Source: an uncultured Acidimicrobiia bacterium
Lineage (GTDB): Bacteria; Actinomycetota; Acidimicrobiia; Acidimicrobiales; AC-14
Assembly: GCA_963836205.1 (NCBI GenBank)
Contig: CAWIIV010000024.1
Coordinates: forward strand, 32,001-96,000
Reading direction: 5' to 3'
DNA: 64,000 nucleotides
Position 1 is the first letter of the stretch. Each line of letters starts with the position of its first letter. The notes below the pieces were generated by a model. The model did no database searches. It saw only the letters and a program-made list of their open reading frames with translations, and was not told the origin of the DNA. This document shows positions 54,339 through 64,000 of this stretch, one piece after another. A program made the translations under genes and the position numbers.

Positions 54339-55484
54339 TCAGGTCTCCGCGGGCAGGGTGAAGGTGACCGATGCGCCGTGGCCGGGCTCGCTCGACGCGT
54401 GGATGGCGCCGCCGTGGGCGACGACGAGGTCGCGGGCGATGGACAGGCCCAGGCCGCTTCCACTGGAGTCGGACGAACGGGTGAAGCGCTCGAAGATCGT
54501 CGCCACCTGGTCGGGCGCGAAGCCAGGTCCCGAGTCGGTCACCGTGAAGCAGACCGACGCATTGTCCCTGGTCACGGCCACGCCCACCGTCCCTTCCTCC
54601 GGGGTGTGGCGCACCGCGTTCGACAGGAGGTTGGCCAGGACCTGGCGGATGCGGGTGGGGTCGACGTCGATCTCGGGCAGGCCATCGGCCACGGTCGACT
54701 CCAGTCGCACGCCCTGGCGGGTGGCGAGGGCGGCGTGGCCCTCGACCGCGTCGGCCACCAGCGCCGCCGGATGGGTGAGCTCGCGATGCAGCGCCAGCCG
54801 GCCGGCGTCGGCCAGGGCGAGGGTGTGGAGGTCGTCGACCAGCCGGCCCAACACCTGCGTCTCCTCCAGCAGCGAGGCCAGGTGGCGGTCGTCGCGGGGG
54901 TGGATGCCGTCGACCTGGGCCTCGATGCCGCTCTGGAGGACGGCCAGGGGCGTGCGCAGCTCGTGGGTGACGTCGGCCAGGAACCGCCGTCGCTGCTCCT
55001 CGGTCGCAGCCAAACGGCCGGCGACGTCGTTGATCGTCTCCGCCAGCGACCGCAGCTCCCGGGGCCCGGCGGGCGTCACCCGCACGTCGTAGTCGCCCCG
55101 GCCCAGGCGCTCGGCCGCACCCAGCAGGTCGGCCACCGGACCGCCCAGCCGGTGGTACGCCCGCCGGGTGGCGATCCCGCCGACGAGGAGGACGAAGGCG
55201 ATCATCCCGAGCGGCCACCACGGTCCGCCGCTGCGACCCGACCCCGGACCTGTCCCCGGCCCCGGCCCCGGCCCGGGACGGCCCCCGCCGGCCCAGTGCC
55301 ACCCGTCCACCGCCGTCCCGACCGCGAACCCGAGACCCACCAGCACCGCCACCACCACGAGGGCCACCACCAGGAAACGGCGGCGGAACTGGGGAGGCCC
55401 CCCGTGCCCAGCCCACGGCGGCCCGCCCGCGGGTGGCCACGACTCCCCCTCCGGCCACCACGGGGGACGGCCGCGGCCTCGCAT
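54339..55484 (-). CDS. HAMP sensor histidine kinase
   Basis: Two TMs, HAMP, HELRTPL, NLLSNAVRH, DSGPG, GSGLGL. Confidence 0.93.
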   Translation of the reverse strand: MRGRGRPPWWPEGESWPPAGGPPWAGHGGPPQFRRRFLVVALVVVAVLVGLGFAVGTAVDGWHWAGGGRPGPGPGPGTGPGSGRSGGPWWPLGMIAFVLLVGGIATRRAYHRLGGPVADLLGAAERLGRGDYDVRVTPAGPRELRSLAETINDVAGRLAATEEQRRRFLADVTHELRTPLAVLQSGIEAQVDGIHPRDDRHLASLLEETQVLGRLVDDLHTLALADAGRLALHRELTHPAALVADAVEGHAALATRQGVRLESTVADGLPEIDVDPTRIRQVLANLLSNAVRHTPEEGTVGVAVTRDNASVCFTVTDSGPGFAPDQVATIFERFTRSSDSSGSGLGLSIARDLVVAHGGAIHASSEPGHGASVTFTLPAET

Positions 55485-56182
55485 CAGGCCTCGGCGAACC
55501 GGTAGCCGACGCCGTGGACGGTGAGCAGGTACCGGGGCCGGTGGGGATCGGGTTCGAGCTTGCGCCGGATGTTCTTGACGTGGGCGTCGATGGCCCGCTC
55601 GTAGGACTCCACCGCCAGCCCGTGGATCACGTCGAGCAGCTGGGAGCGGGTGAAGACCCGTCCCGGCTGGCGGGCCAGGTGCTCGACCAGCTCGAACTCG
55701 GTGGCGGTGAGCGCGACCACCCGCCCGGCCACCGTCACCCGCCGTCGCTCGGGGTCGACGGCCACGTCGCCCACCGCGAACGGGCCCACCCCGGCGCCAT
55801 CCGCCCCGGTGGCCGCCCGCTCGGTGCGGCGCAGCACGGCCCGCACCCGCGCCACCAGCTCCCGGGGGCTGAACGGCTTCACCAGATAGTCGTCGGCCCC
55901 CAGCTCCAGGCCGAGCACCCGGTCGACCTCGTCGCTGCGGGCGGTGAGCATGATGATGGGGACGGGCCCCCGCCGCTGGAGCTCCCGGGCCACGTCGAGC
56001 CCGTCGATGCCGGGCAGGCCCAGGTCGAGGACGACCAGGTCGGGCGGGACGGCCCTGGCCTGGGCCAGGGCCGTCGTCCCGTCACTGGCGGTGGTGACCG
56101 TGAACCCGGCGTCGGCCAGGTAGTCCCGCACCACCTGGAGGATCTTGGGCTCGTCGTCGACGACGAGCACGGTCCTGGTCAC
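55484..56182 (-). CDS. OmpR-family response regulator
   Basis: VVDDE, LDLGLP, GADDYLVKPF, TVHGVGY. Confidence 0.95.
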   Translation of the reverse strand: MTRTVLVVDDEPKILQVVRDYLADAGFTVTTASDGTTALAQARAVPPDLVVLDLGLPGIDGLDVARELQRRGPVPIIMLTARSDEVDRVLGLELGADDYLVKPFSPRELVARVRAVLRRTERAATGADGAGVGPFAVGDVAVDPERRRVTVAGRVVALTATEFELVEHLARQPGRVFTRSQLLDVIHGLAVESYERAIDAHVKNIRRKLEPDPHRPRYLLTVHGVGYRFAEA

Positions 56183-56191
56183 CCCACCATC

Positions 56192-56587
56192 TCAGCTTGT
56201 CGGCGGCGCCGGCGCGGCCGGCGCGGCCGGCGCCTGTTCGTGGGCCCGCCGGTGCCAGTCCTCCATCCTCGACTCGGGACCGTCGCCGGGCCCGGGCCCG
56301 CACCACCCGCCCCCGCCGTACCCGCGCCGGCCGCGGCCGACGAGCAGGACGACCAGGCCGATGCCGAGCAGGGGGAAGAGGAAGAAGCCCGGTCCCGGTC
56401 CGTAGCCCCAGTGGCCGCCCCCCCGATGAGTGTCGTCGATGACCCGCACGACCTCGCCGTCGCCCGCCACCCGGGTGACGACCTCCCGGCGCTCGCCCGC
56501 CCGGAAGGCCCCGAAGGCCACGCTGATCAGCAGTCCGGCGGCCAGCACCCCGGCCAGCACGCCCGTCCACACCTTCCGGTTGTTCAT
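56192..56587 (-). CDS. small membrane protein co-oriented with the TCS
   Basis: Two hydrophobic segments, C-terminal MEDWHRRAH. Confidence 0.7.
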   Translation of the reverse strand: MNNRKVWTGVLAGVLAAGLLISVAFGAFRAGERREVVTRVAGDGEVVRVIDDTHRGGGHWGYGPGPGFFLFPLLGIGLVVLLVGRGRRGYGGGGWCGPGPGDGPESRMEDWHRRAHEQAPAAPAAPAPPTS

Positions 56588-56880
56588 GTCTCGCTCCTTG
56601 GTCAGGTTCGTGACCTCAGGATCGGCCCCAATTGTGAACGGACGATGGAGACGATGCGGAAGTTAGGGGCGCCGTCACGGCCGTATTCGAGCCGAGCGTG
56701 AGCGGCGGCGATCGCTTCTCAGAAACGGCCGTCGAAGTTGGCGCAACATCGAAACCAACGGCGCAGAAGACAGGTGCCCGGTTGGTCCGCCTTCTGTTGG
56801 GCGTGCCTAGCCTGTGGGAATGACCGACGAACGTCCGCTCCCGATCCGGGCGAGACGGACGACCTGCAGGAAGCCTAGCG

Positions 56881-57531
56881 ATGGCGTCTGAACGCCGGGG
56901 ACGCGCCGCTTCAGGAGGAGGAGCCGACAATGGAATCCGCCTGACCGACAACGACGCGGGCAGCCTGCGCAAATACGGGTCATCGATACTTGTTCAGGCC
57001 GTCGCTGCCCACGACGCTGTCCAGGTCCTGCTAGGTCTAGTTGCGTTATTGGGCTCCGTTCTGACCGGCTGGCGGTTTGGCGTTTCATGGGGAATAGCGG
57101 CGCTGCTCATGAGCCTGCTCGTAGTTTCTACCTTGACCGGGGTTGACTTACAGAGGCGGCTAGACAAGCTAGCGGAACATCATCAACGAATCGACTAATT
57201 GGCCCAACTCATGGCGCAGGCGGAGCTTCGACTAATGATGGCCAACTTTGCAGGACTGACTGTCGCGAACAATATTCAGCACACAGACGCCGAGAGGGTT
57301 GTTCAAGGAAACAAGACGGGGTTTTACAAAATGGAACACTGAGGCTCAAGAGACGATCGCCCGCCTATTCGGGAAGGCGGAGGCTGAGAGATTCGGGAGC
57401 GACATCGGCTACCATCGGATAGGCTACCAGGGCTTAGGTTCGATGAGACCCGGGCTCCCGCGGAGGCCCGAATATTTCGCGACCTCCAGCGGCGCATCTA
57501 TCGACTCTATGACCTACTCGACGGCCAGTAG
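56881..57531 (+). pseudogene. decayed hypothetical membrane protein in lower-GC islet
   Basis: Two-TM ORF stops at TAA 57196 but the frame continues (LAQLMAQAEL..); further fragments in shifted frames. Confidence 0.4.
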
Positions 57532-57746
57532 CGTGGGCATACTTCATGGCCAAATCTTTGATACGGTTTCGGGGCGACCGCTAGCGCGAGTAACGACAGT
57601 GCTTGTTTGGGAAGCGATGGAGAGCCGGCGTTAGCCAGGTATGGTCAAACGATGGCTCTGGTCCAGCACTCCGGGAAGATCGCCGGGAGCCGCTCGACTG
57701 CCGATCATCAGACAAATCTCATGACGCTTCAGCGTGGAGATGTCAG

Positions 57747-58701
57747 TTACCTCAGCGCAGTTCTGCGGGCCACGAGAGCAGACTGGACGGTTGCCTCTGT
57801 TGGGCCGGCGATCCATTCGTGTGCCCAGCAGGCAAGTACTGCATTGATCTTTCCGGGACTCACCTGCCATTTCTTATCCGAGTGCTTCCCCACAAGTGTC
57901 AGCCCCCGCGAGAGCGGAGCAAGGACATACGCCGACGGGTCGCGGAGACAACTTGGGGGCGCATTTATGTATCCGTCTGCGGCCCAGCCGACCGCGCGAT
58001 CGGCAATCACGAAGTACTCGTTCTTCGGAGCATATAGGCAGGACCACTTGAGGCGCGGAAAGAACCGTTCCTGAAAATAGTATGCCTGGACGTGCACACC
58101 TTCAAGGAAGTTCGCCCGGTCGCGCATGTCCGGAAACCATCCCTCGACTTGAGCCCGGACGAAGTCGCTTTCTGCTCGGAAGAGTCTGCTACCAAGAACC
58201 GAGTGGCACATCAAGATGTCGCGGCTATAATACGCTGGCCTTAAGCAATCCTTCTGGCGGTGGCTCGACGACGTCGCTTTCCTGGCCAGACCTCATTTCG
58301 GCCCAGGACTGAGCCAGGGACTGCATCGGGAGGGATCGTGCTGCTGCCCACGCCAGGTAGCGCGTTAGCGGCGGTGGTAAATCGCCGCCGGAACCGGGAG
58401 GCCACCCGGACACCTCTCTCAACGCCCGTGATGCAGGTCCCTCGACCTCATTTGCCAGGTAGGTCTCAAGTGTCGAATCACGATCGGCAAGCCCGCCCGG
58501 CCCAGCGAACAGAAGGTGCGATGTGCCCACATTCTTCGGGGCGCGTCGCTTTACTGGACCGTTGGGAACAAATCCCTGCCATAGCCACGGATCTCTTGAC
58601 TCAACTGAGCTGAGATCTATGAATTGCGAGAGATGAAATTTCGAGACGTAATGGTGTTTGGCACTCAATATCTGCAAGTGTAGATCGCGGCGCAGCTTCA
58701 C
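57747..58701 (-). pseudogene. DUF4238 domain protein, frameshifted near 58228
   Basis: N-terminal KHHYVSKFHL..F; C-terminal FVIADRAV, APLSR; lower GC. Confidence 0.65.
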
Positions 58702-58819
58702 AATGATGAATCAGGACCTCACGTCCTGCCGTCAGAGCGGTGCCGACGAACTCGTTTTCACCGGCCCGGTTCAGAAGCCTGAAAGCAGGGCGTACCCGTG
58801 CACGGCTCCAAATGCCGAT

Positions 58820-60073
58820 TCAAGGCGCCGGCGAGACCTCGGCCAGCCGGCGGGTGAGGTACCGGCGCTCGGCCTCGCTGGTCGTCAGCGCCAGGGCCTC
58901 GCGGTAGGCGGCGGCGGCGTCGGCGAACCGGTCGAGGCGGCGGAGCAGGTCGGCCCGGGTCGCGGGCAGGTGGTGGTAGCCGGCCAGGGCGCCCGACGCG
59001 TCCAGCCGTTCGACCAGGGCCAGGCCGGCGGCGGGACCGTCGGCCATCGCCACCGCCACCGCCCGGTTGAGCTCGACGACGGCCGACGGCAGGAACCTCG
59101 CCAACTGGCGGTAGAGCCCGGCGATCTCGGCCCAGTCGGTGTCGGCCGCCCGGGCGGCGGTGGCGTGGCAGGCGGCGATGGCGGCTTGCACCTGGTACGG
59201 CCCCGGCTCCCCCCGCCGGAGGGCGCCTTCGAGGATGGCGACGCCCTCGTCGATGACAACCCGGTCCCAGCCCGTCCGGTCCTGGTCCTCGAGGGGCACC
59301 ATGTCGCCGGCGGCGTCGACCCGGGTCGGGCGGCGGGCGTCGTGGAGGAGCATGAGGGCGAGCAGGCCCAGCGCCTCGGGCTCGTCGGGCATGAGTTGGG
59401 CCAGGGTGCGAGCCAGGCGGATCGCCTCCGCACACAGCCCGCCCCGCACCAGTTCGGCCCCGGCCGTGGCTGCGTAGCCCTCGTTGAAGAGCAGGTAGAG
59501 CACGGCCAGCACCGACGCCGTCCGCTCCGGCAGGAGGTGGGCGGGCGGCACCCGGTACGGGATGGCGGCGTGGCGGATCTTGCGCTTGGCCCGCACCAGG
59601 CGCTGGGCCATGGTGGCCTCGGGGACGAGGAACGCCCGGGCGATCTCGGCCGTGGTCAGCCCGCCGAGCGTGCGCAGGGTGAGGGCGACCCGGGCGTCGA
59701 GGGCGAGGGCGGGGTGGCAGCAGGTGAAGATCAGCCGCAGCCGGTCGTCGCCGATCCCGCTGTCCCCATGATCTGGCTCGTCGGGGCCACCGTCGTCGGA
59801 CGACGCCGCCATCACTGCCTCCTGGACCTTGGCCGCGCCCACCGCGTCCCGGCGCAGCCGGTCGAAAGCCCGGTTCCTGGCGGTCGTGGTGAGCCAGGCG
59901 CCGGGATTGCGGGGGACGCCGTCGGCCGGCCACCGTTCGAGGGCGCGGGCGAACGCGTCCTGGACGCATTCCTCGGCCAGGTCCCAGTCGCCCGTCGTCC
60001 GGATGAGCGTGGCCAGGACACGACCCCACTCCTCACGGAACGCCCGGGCGACTGCGGACTCGACCTCGTCCAA
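58820..60073 (-). CDS. ECF42-like sigma factor with DUF6596/TPR C-terminus
   Basis: [41 protein letters not shown]. Confidence 0.92.
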   Translation of the reverse strand: MDEVESAVARAFREEWGRVLATLIRTTGDWDLAEECVQDAFARALERWPADGVPRNPGAWLTTTARNRAFDRLRRDAVGAAKVQEAVMAASSDDGGPDEPDHGDSGIGDDRLRLIFTCCHPALALDARVALTLRTLGGLTTAEIARAFLVPEATMAQRLVRAKRKIRHAAIPYRVPPAHLLPERTASVLAVLYLLFNEGYAATAGAELVRGGLCAEAIRLARTLAQLMPDEPEALGLLALMLLHDARRPTRVDAAGDMVPLEDQDRTGWDRVVIDEGVAILEGALRRGEPGPYQVQAAIAACHATAARAADTDWAEIAGLYRQLARFLPSAVVELNRAVAVAMADGPAAGLALVERLDASGALAGYHHLPATRADLLRRLDRFADAAAAYREALALTTSEAERRYLTRRLAEVSPAP

Positions 60074-60421
60074 CTACATCTCCCAGATGGGCCGGACCTC
60101 GACGGTGCCGTTGGCCGCCGCGGGGACCTTCGACGCCACCTCGATGGCCTCGTCGAGGTCGGCGCAGTCGATCACGTAGTAGCCGCCGATCTGCTCCTTG
60201 GTCTCGGCGAAGGGACCGTCGGAGGCGAGGACCTCGCCGTTGCGGACCTGGACGGTGGTGGCGTCGGTGGTCGGCCGCAGGCGGTTGCCGTCCTTGAGGA
60301 CGCCACGGCCCACCATCTCCTCGGCGAACTTCCCGTAGTCGGCCATCATCTCCTGGCCTTCCTCCGGGCTCAGGGCGGCCAGGACGGACTCGTCATTGGC
60401 GATCAGCAGCAGGTAACGCAT
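60074..60421 (-). CDS. YciI/DGPF family protein
   Basis: SDGPFAETKEQIGGYY, VEVRP; adjacent to ECF42. Confidence 0.93.
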   Translation of the reverse strand: MRYLLLIANDESVLAALSPEEGQEMMADYGKFAEEMVGRGVLKDGNRLRPTTDATTVQVRNGEVLASDGPFAETKEQIGGYYVIDCADLDEAIEVASKVPAAANGTVEVRPIWEM

Positions 60422-60597
60422 CAGGTGTCTCCTCCTCGTGGGGTTCTCTGCCCTTACGACGGACGGGTTGGCGCCGAATCGACAGCATGACGCGGAAGGC
60501 GGCCGCCGTCCGGTGCGTCTGAAAGCCGGCCTCGGGCGTTGATCGGACTTGGTGGAAGCGTTACCTTGCTCCACTGGGAAAGGAGGCTGGTGCGCCC

Positions 60598-61542
60598 ATG
60601 GGATCTGTGCTTCGCAGGTATCGATCCGGCATCGTGGTCCTCCTCGTCGCTGTCCTCGTCTTCGCCTACACGCAAAAGGCCTTGGCCGCACTCGCGGTGA
60701 GCCCCAGCACCAACCTGCCCGCCTCCGCGAACGTGAACGTCAGCGGCAACGGCTTCGCCGCCAACCAGCCGGGCACGCTGCAGCAGTGCAGGTTCAATGC
60801 CGGCCTCGGGTCCGACGAGTGCAAGGACATCGGCTCCTTCACGACGAACTCGTCCGGGACATTCGGACCGGTACCGGTCACCGTCACCAGCACCTATGTC
60901 TCCTCCGACATCACCAACGTGAACTGCCAGACGGACCCGGGGAATCCGTGCCGCGTCGTCGCGGTCCTCAACAACGTCTTCGGCCAGCAGGAGAGTCCGG
61001 TCTCGTTCGCGGGCGGGGGCACGACGACCTCGTCGACCTCGTCGACCTCCACGTCGACGACCACCTCGTCCACCACGACCTCGTCCACCACGACCTCGTC
61101 CACCACGACCTCGTCCACCACGACCTCGTCCACCACGACCTCGTCCACCACGACCTCGTCCACCACGACCTCGTCCACCACGACCTCGTCCACCACCTCG
61201 ACCACGGTCGGCCCGCCGACGTGTGACGGCCTGGTGGCGACCATCGTCGGCACCCCGGGGAGCGACACGATCGTCGGCACGGCGGGCGACGACGTGATCG
61301 TGGGCCTGGCCGGCAACGACTCGATCCAGGGCCGTGGTGGCAATGACCGGATCTGTGGCGGCGATGGCACCGATCAGATCGACGGCGGCGTCGGCAACGA
61401 TCGCCTCTTCGGAGGTAACGGGAACGACCGGCTGCTCGGTGGGACCGGGAACAACGCCCTGTTCGGCGAGGGCGGTGCGGATCAGTGCTTCGTGACCCCG
61501 ACCTCCACCGCGTCCTGCGAGCAGGTCCTCCCGCAGCCCTGA
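60598..61542 (+). CDS. secreted protein: neocarzinostatin-apoprotein-like domain, Ser/Thr linker, RTX-type Ca-binding repeats
   Basis: Signal peptide, VSPSTNL..VSGNGF..QQC, (SSTTT)n, GGxGND repeats. Confidence 0.75.
   Translation: MGSVLRRYRSGIVVLLVAVLVFAYTQKALAALAVSPSTNLPASANVNVSGNGFAANQPGTLQQCRFNAGLGSDECKDIGSFTTNSSGTFGPVPVTVTSTYVSSDITNVNCQTDPGNPCRVVAVLNNVFGQQESPVSFAGGGTTTSSTSSTSTSTTTSSTTTSSTTTSSTTTSSTTTSSTTTSSTTTSSTTTSSTTTSSTTSTTVGPPTCDGLVATIVGTPGSDTIVGTAGDDVIVGLAGNDSIQGRGGNDRICGGDGTDQIDGGVGNDRLFGGNGNDRLLGGTGNNALFGEGGADQCFVTPTSTASCEQVLPQP
61051..61205 (+). repeat. 15-bp tandem repeat TCGTCCACCACGACC (about 9 copies)
   Basis: Directly visible; encodes SSTTT. Confidence 0.9.
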
Positions 61543-61593
61543 CGAAGCCCTGGCCGGGCCTCTCCGGTGCCGGCCCGCCATGCCCCGCGTCGG

Positions 61594-62139
61594 CTACGTG
61601 CGGAGCATTCGGCGGAAGGTGGCCGGCGGGGGAGGCGGGACGGCCGCCCGCTCCTCGTCCGACGTCGCCCGCCGCCGGCGCATCTCCAGCTCCAGGCTCT
61701 CCTGGCCCTTGGCCATGGCCCACTTGTGGTTGGCCGCGAAGGCGGGCTTCAGGACGAAGGCCAGCCGCCGGAGCAGGGGCTTGGTGGCCTCGATCCGCCA
61801 GTCGTAGGTGATGACGACCTCAGGTCCCTCCTGCACGAACGTCCAGATGCCGAGGCCCTTGAGGTCGCCGATGGCCTCGATGGTGAAGCCGGTGTCGGTG
61901 ATGGGCTCGGTGAGCTTCAGGTCCCACGAGAGGGTGTACGGCAGCCAGCCCTTGGTGTGGAGCCGGTTGACGCTGCCGACCCAGTCCGGCGGGCCGCTGC
62001 CGTCGTCGAGGCGGGTGACCTTCAGGTACACCGACGGCCACCACTCGGGCAGGGTGTCGGCGTTGCCGAGCACGTCCTTGACCTCGGCGATCGTCCCCGG
62101 CACCCGCCAGACGGTCACGAAGTGGTAGTCGCTGGCCAC
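61594..62139 (-). CDS. SRPBCC/polyketide cyclase family protein
   Basis: YHFVTVWRV, PEWWPSVY, KGWLPYTL, GDLKGLGIW, ANHKWAM. Confidence 0.85.
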   Translation of the reverse strand: MASDYHFVTVWRVPGTIAEVKDVLGNADTLPEWWPSVYLKVTRLDDGSGPPDWVGSVNRLHTKGWLPYTLSWDLKLTEPITDTGFTIEAIGDLKGLGIWTFVQEGPEVVITYDWRIEATKPLLRRLAFVLKPAFAANHKWAMAKGQESLELEMRRRRATSDEERAAVPPPPPATFRRMLRT

Positions 62140-62194
62140 GCCTGCCTCCCAAACGCCGACGTCATTGTCCCTGGCAGTCTCTACCCTGGATCGA

Positions 62195-64000
62195 ATGGCT
62201 GCGCTCGACCGATTCTCGCCCGTGGCGCGGGCCTGGTTCGAGTCCGCCTTCGAGGCGCCCACCGACGCCCAGGCCCAGGGCTGGGAGGCCATCAGCCGGG
62301 GCGACCACACGCTCATCCTCGCCCCCACCGGCTCCGGCAAGACCCTGGCCGCCTTCCTGTGGGCGCTCGACCGGCTGGCGAGCGAGCCGCCGGTGGCCGA
62401 CGAGAAGCGCCGCCTCCGGGTCCTCTACGTCTCCCCCCTGAAGGCGCTCACCTACGACGTCGAGCGCAACCTGCGGGCGCCCCTCGCGGGCATGGCCATG
62501 GAGGCGGGTCGGCGGGGGATGCCGGCGCCCGACGTGAGGGTGGGCATCCGCACCGGCGACACGTCGCAGTCCGACCGGCGCGACATCGTCCGCCACCCGC
62601 CCGACGTGCTGGTCACCACGCCCGAGTCGCTCTACCTCATGCTCACGTCGGGGGCGCGCGAGGTGTTGCGGTCGGTCGAGTACGCGATCGTCGACGAGAT
62701 CCACTCGGTGGCGGCCACCAAGCGGGGGGCCCACCTGGCCCTGTCGTTGGAACGGCTGGAGCGCTTGACGGATCGGCCGCCGCAACGGATCGGGCTGTCG
62801 GCCACCCAACGGCCGTTGGACGAGGTGGCCCGGTTCCTGGGCGGTCGGCACCGCGATCCGGAGAGCGGCGAGTGGGCGGCCCGGCCGGTGAGCGTGGTCG
62901 ACGCCGGGGTGCGCAAGCAGCTGGTGTTGGAGGTGATCGTCCCCGTCGACGACATGGGCGAGCTGGGCAAGGTCATCCCCGACGTCCTGTCGGGGCCGGC
63001 CGCGGGCGATCCCGAGGTCCGCCACTCGATCTGGCCGGCCATGCACCCCGTCCTCCTCGACCTCATCCGCTCGCACACCTCCACCCTGATCTTCGTCAAC
63101 TCCCGCCGCCTGGCCGAGCGGCTGGCGGCCCGGTTGAACGACCTCGCGGGCGAGGAGCTGGTGCGGGCCCACCACGGGTCGATCGCCCGGGAGCAGCGCC
63201 TCGACATCGAGGACCAGCTGAAGGCGGGCAAGCTGCCGGCGCTGGTGGCCACGTCGAGCCTGGAGCTGGGTATCGACATGGGCGCCATCGACTTGGTCAT
63301 CCAGGTGGAGGCGCCGCCCTCGGTGGCCAGCGGGTTACAGCGCATCGGACGGGCCGGGCATCAGGTGGGCCAGCCGTCGGAGGGCAAGATCTTCCCCAAG
63401 TTCCGGGGCGACCTGGTGGTGGCGGCGGTGACCGCGGGGCGGATGGAGCGGGGGCTGATCGAGGAGACCAAGGTCCCCCGCAACCCGCTCGACGTGCTCG
63501 CTCAGCAGATCGTGGCCATGTGCGCGGTCGACGACGTGACGGTCGACGAGGTGGCCGACATGGCCGCCGGCGCCTACCCGTTCAGTGATCTTTCGAGGCC
63601 GCTGCTGGAGAACGTGCTCGACATGCTGGCCGGGCGCTACCCGTCCGACGCCTTCGCCGAGCTCCGACCCCGGATCGTGTGGGACCGGGTGGAGGGTCGG
63701 CTGCGGGCCCGGCCGGGGGCCCGGATGCTGTCGGTGGTGAGCGGGGGGACGATCCCCGACCGGGGCCTGTACGGCGTCTTCACCCCCGAGGGGTCGAGGG
63801 TGGGCGAGCTCGACGAGGAGTTCGTCTACGAGAGCCGGCCGGGGGAGACGATGGTGCTGGGCGCCTCCACGTGGCGCATCGAGGACATCACCCGCGACCG
63901 GGTGGTGGTTACGCCCGCCCCGGGCGAGCCGGGGAAGATGCCGTTCTGGCACGGCGACAACGTCGGCCGGCCGGTCGAGCTGGGCCGGGCCATCGGGGCG
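62195..64000 (+). CDS. lhr: Lhr-like DEAD/H helicase (3' truncated by window)
   Basis: APTGSGKT, SPLKAL, TTPESL, VDEIH, HHGS, ATSSLELGID, QRIGRAGH. Confidence 0.93.
   Translation, partial: MAALDRFSPVARAWFESAFEAPTDAQAQGWEAISRGDHTLILAPTGSGKTLAAFLWALDRLASEPPVADEKRRLRVLYVSPLKALTYDVERNLRAPLAGMAMEAGRRGMPAPDVRVGIRTGDTSQSDRRDIVRHPPDVLVTTPESLYLMLTSGAREVLRSVEYAIVDEIHSVAATKRGAHLALSLERLERLTDRPPQRIGLSATQRPLDEVARFLGGRHRDPESGEWAARPVSVVDAGVRKQLVLEVIVPVDDMGELGKVIPDVLSGPAAGDPEVRHSIWPAMHPVLLDLIRSHTSTLIFVNSRRLAERLAARLNDLAGEELVRAHHGSIAREQRLDIEDQLKAGKLPALVATSSLELGIDMGAIDLVIQVEAPPSVASGLQRIGRAGHQVGQPSEGKIFPKFRGDLVVAAVTAGRMERGLIEETKVPRNPLDVLAQQIVAMCAVDDVTVDEVADMAAGAYPFSDLSRPLLENVLDMLAGRYPSDAFAELRPRIVWDRVEGRLRARPGARMLSVVSGGTIPDRGLYGVFTPEGSRVGELDEEFVYESRPGETMVLGASTWRIEDITRDRVVVTPAPGEPGKMPFWHGDNVGRPVELGRAIGA

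Overview
High-GC actinobacterial chromosome segment; gene content (HspR regulon, PAC2, Lhr, ECF42/DGPF) suggests Acidimicrobiia-like, which is an inference. It holds a purine biosynthesis cluster (purA-D-E-B-C-S-Q-L-F-M), clpB and dnaK-grpE-dnaJ-hspR with HAIR operators, a murL-murD2 pair, a four-gene copper cluster, several ECF sigma factors, a two-component system, a complete IS1595-family element with TA-like cargo inserted into a REP-like hairpin, a decayed lower-GC islet, and several families of 45-63 bp palindromic repeats. Many single-base frameshifts, including one in purD, suggest long-read assembly errors. Best candidates for new biology: (1) a membrane-anchored PafA/Dop-like ligase next to a divergent acidic disordered ORF; (2) a DUF559-type nuclease abutting a BIME/REP-like array; (3) a leaderless Cys-Cys leader peptide attenuator before a cysteine dioxygenase-rhodanese operon; (4) a cupredoxin/His-rich beta-propeller plus tethered two-domain multicopper oxidase cluster. 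No tRNA, rRNA or CRISPR-Cas was recognised. All family calls are motif recognition by eye; no searches were run.
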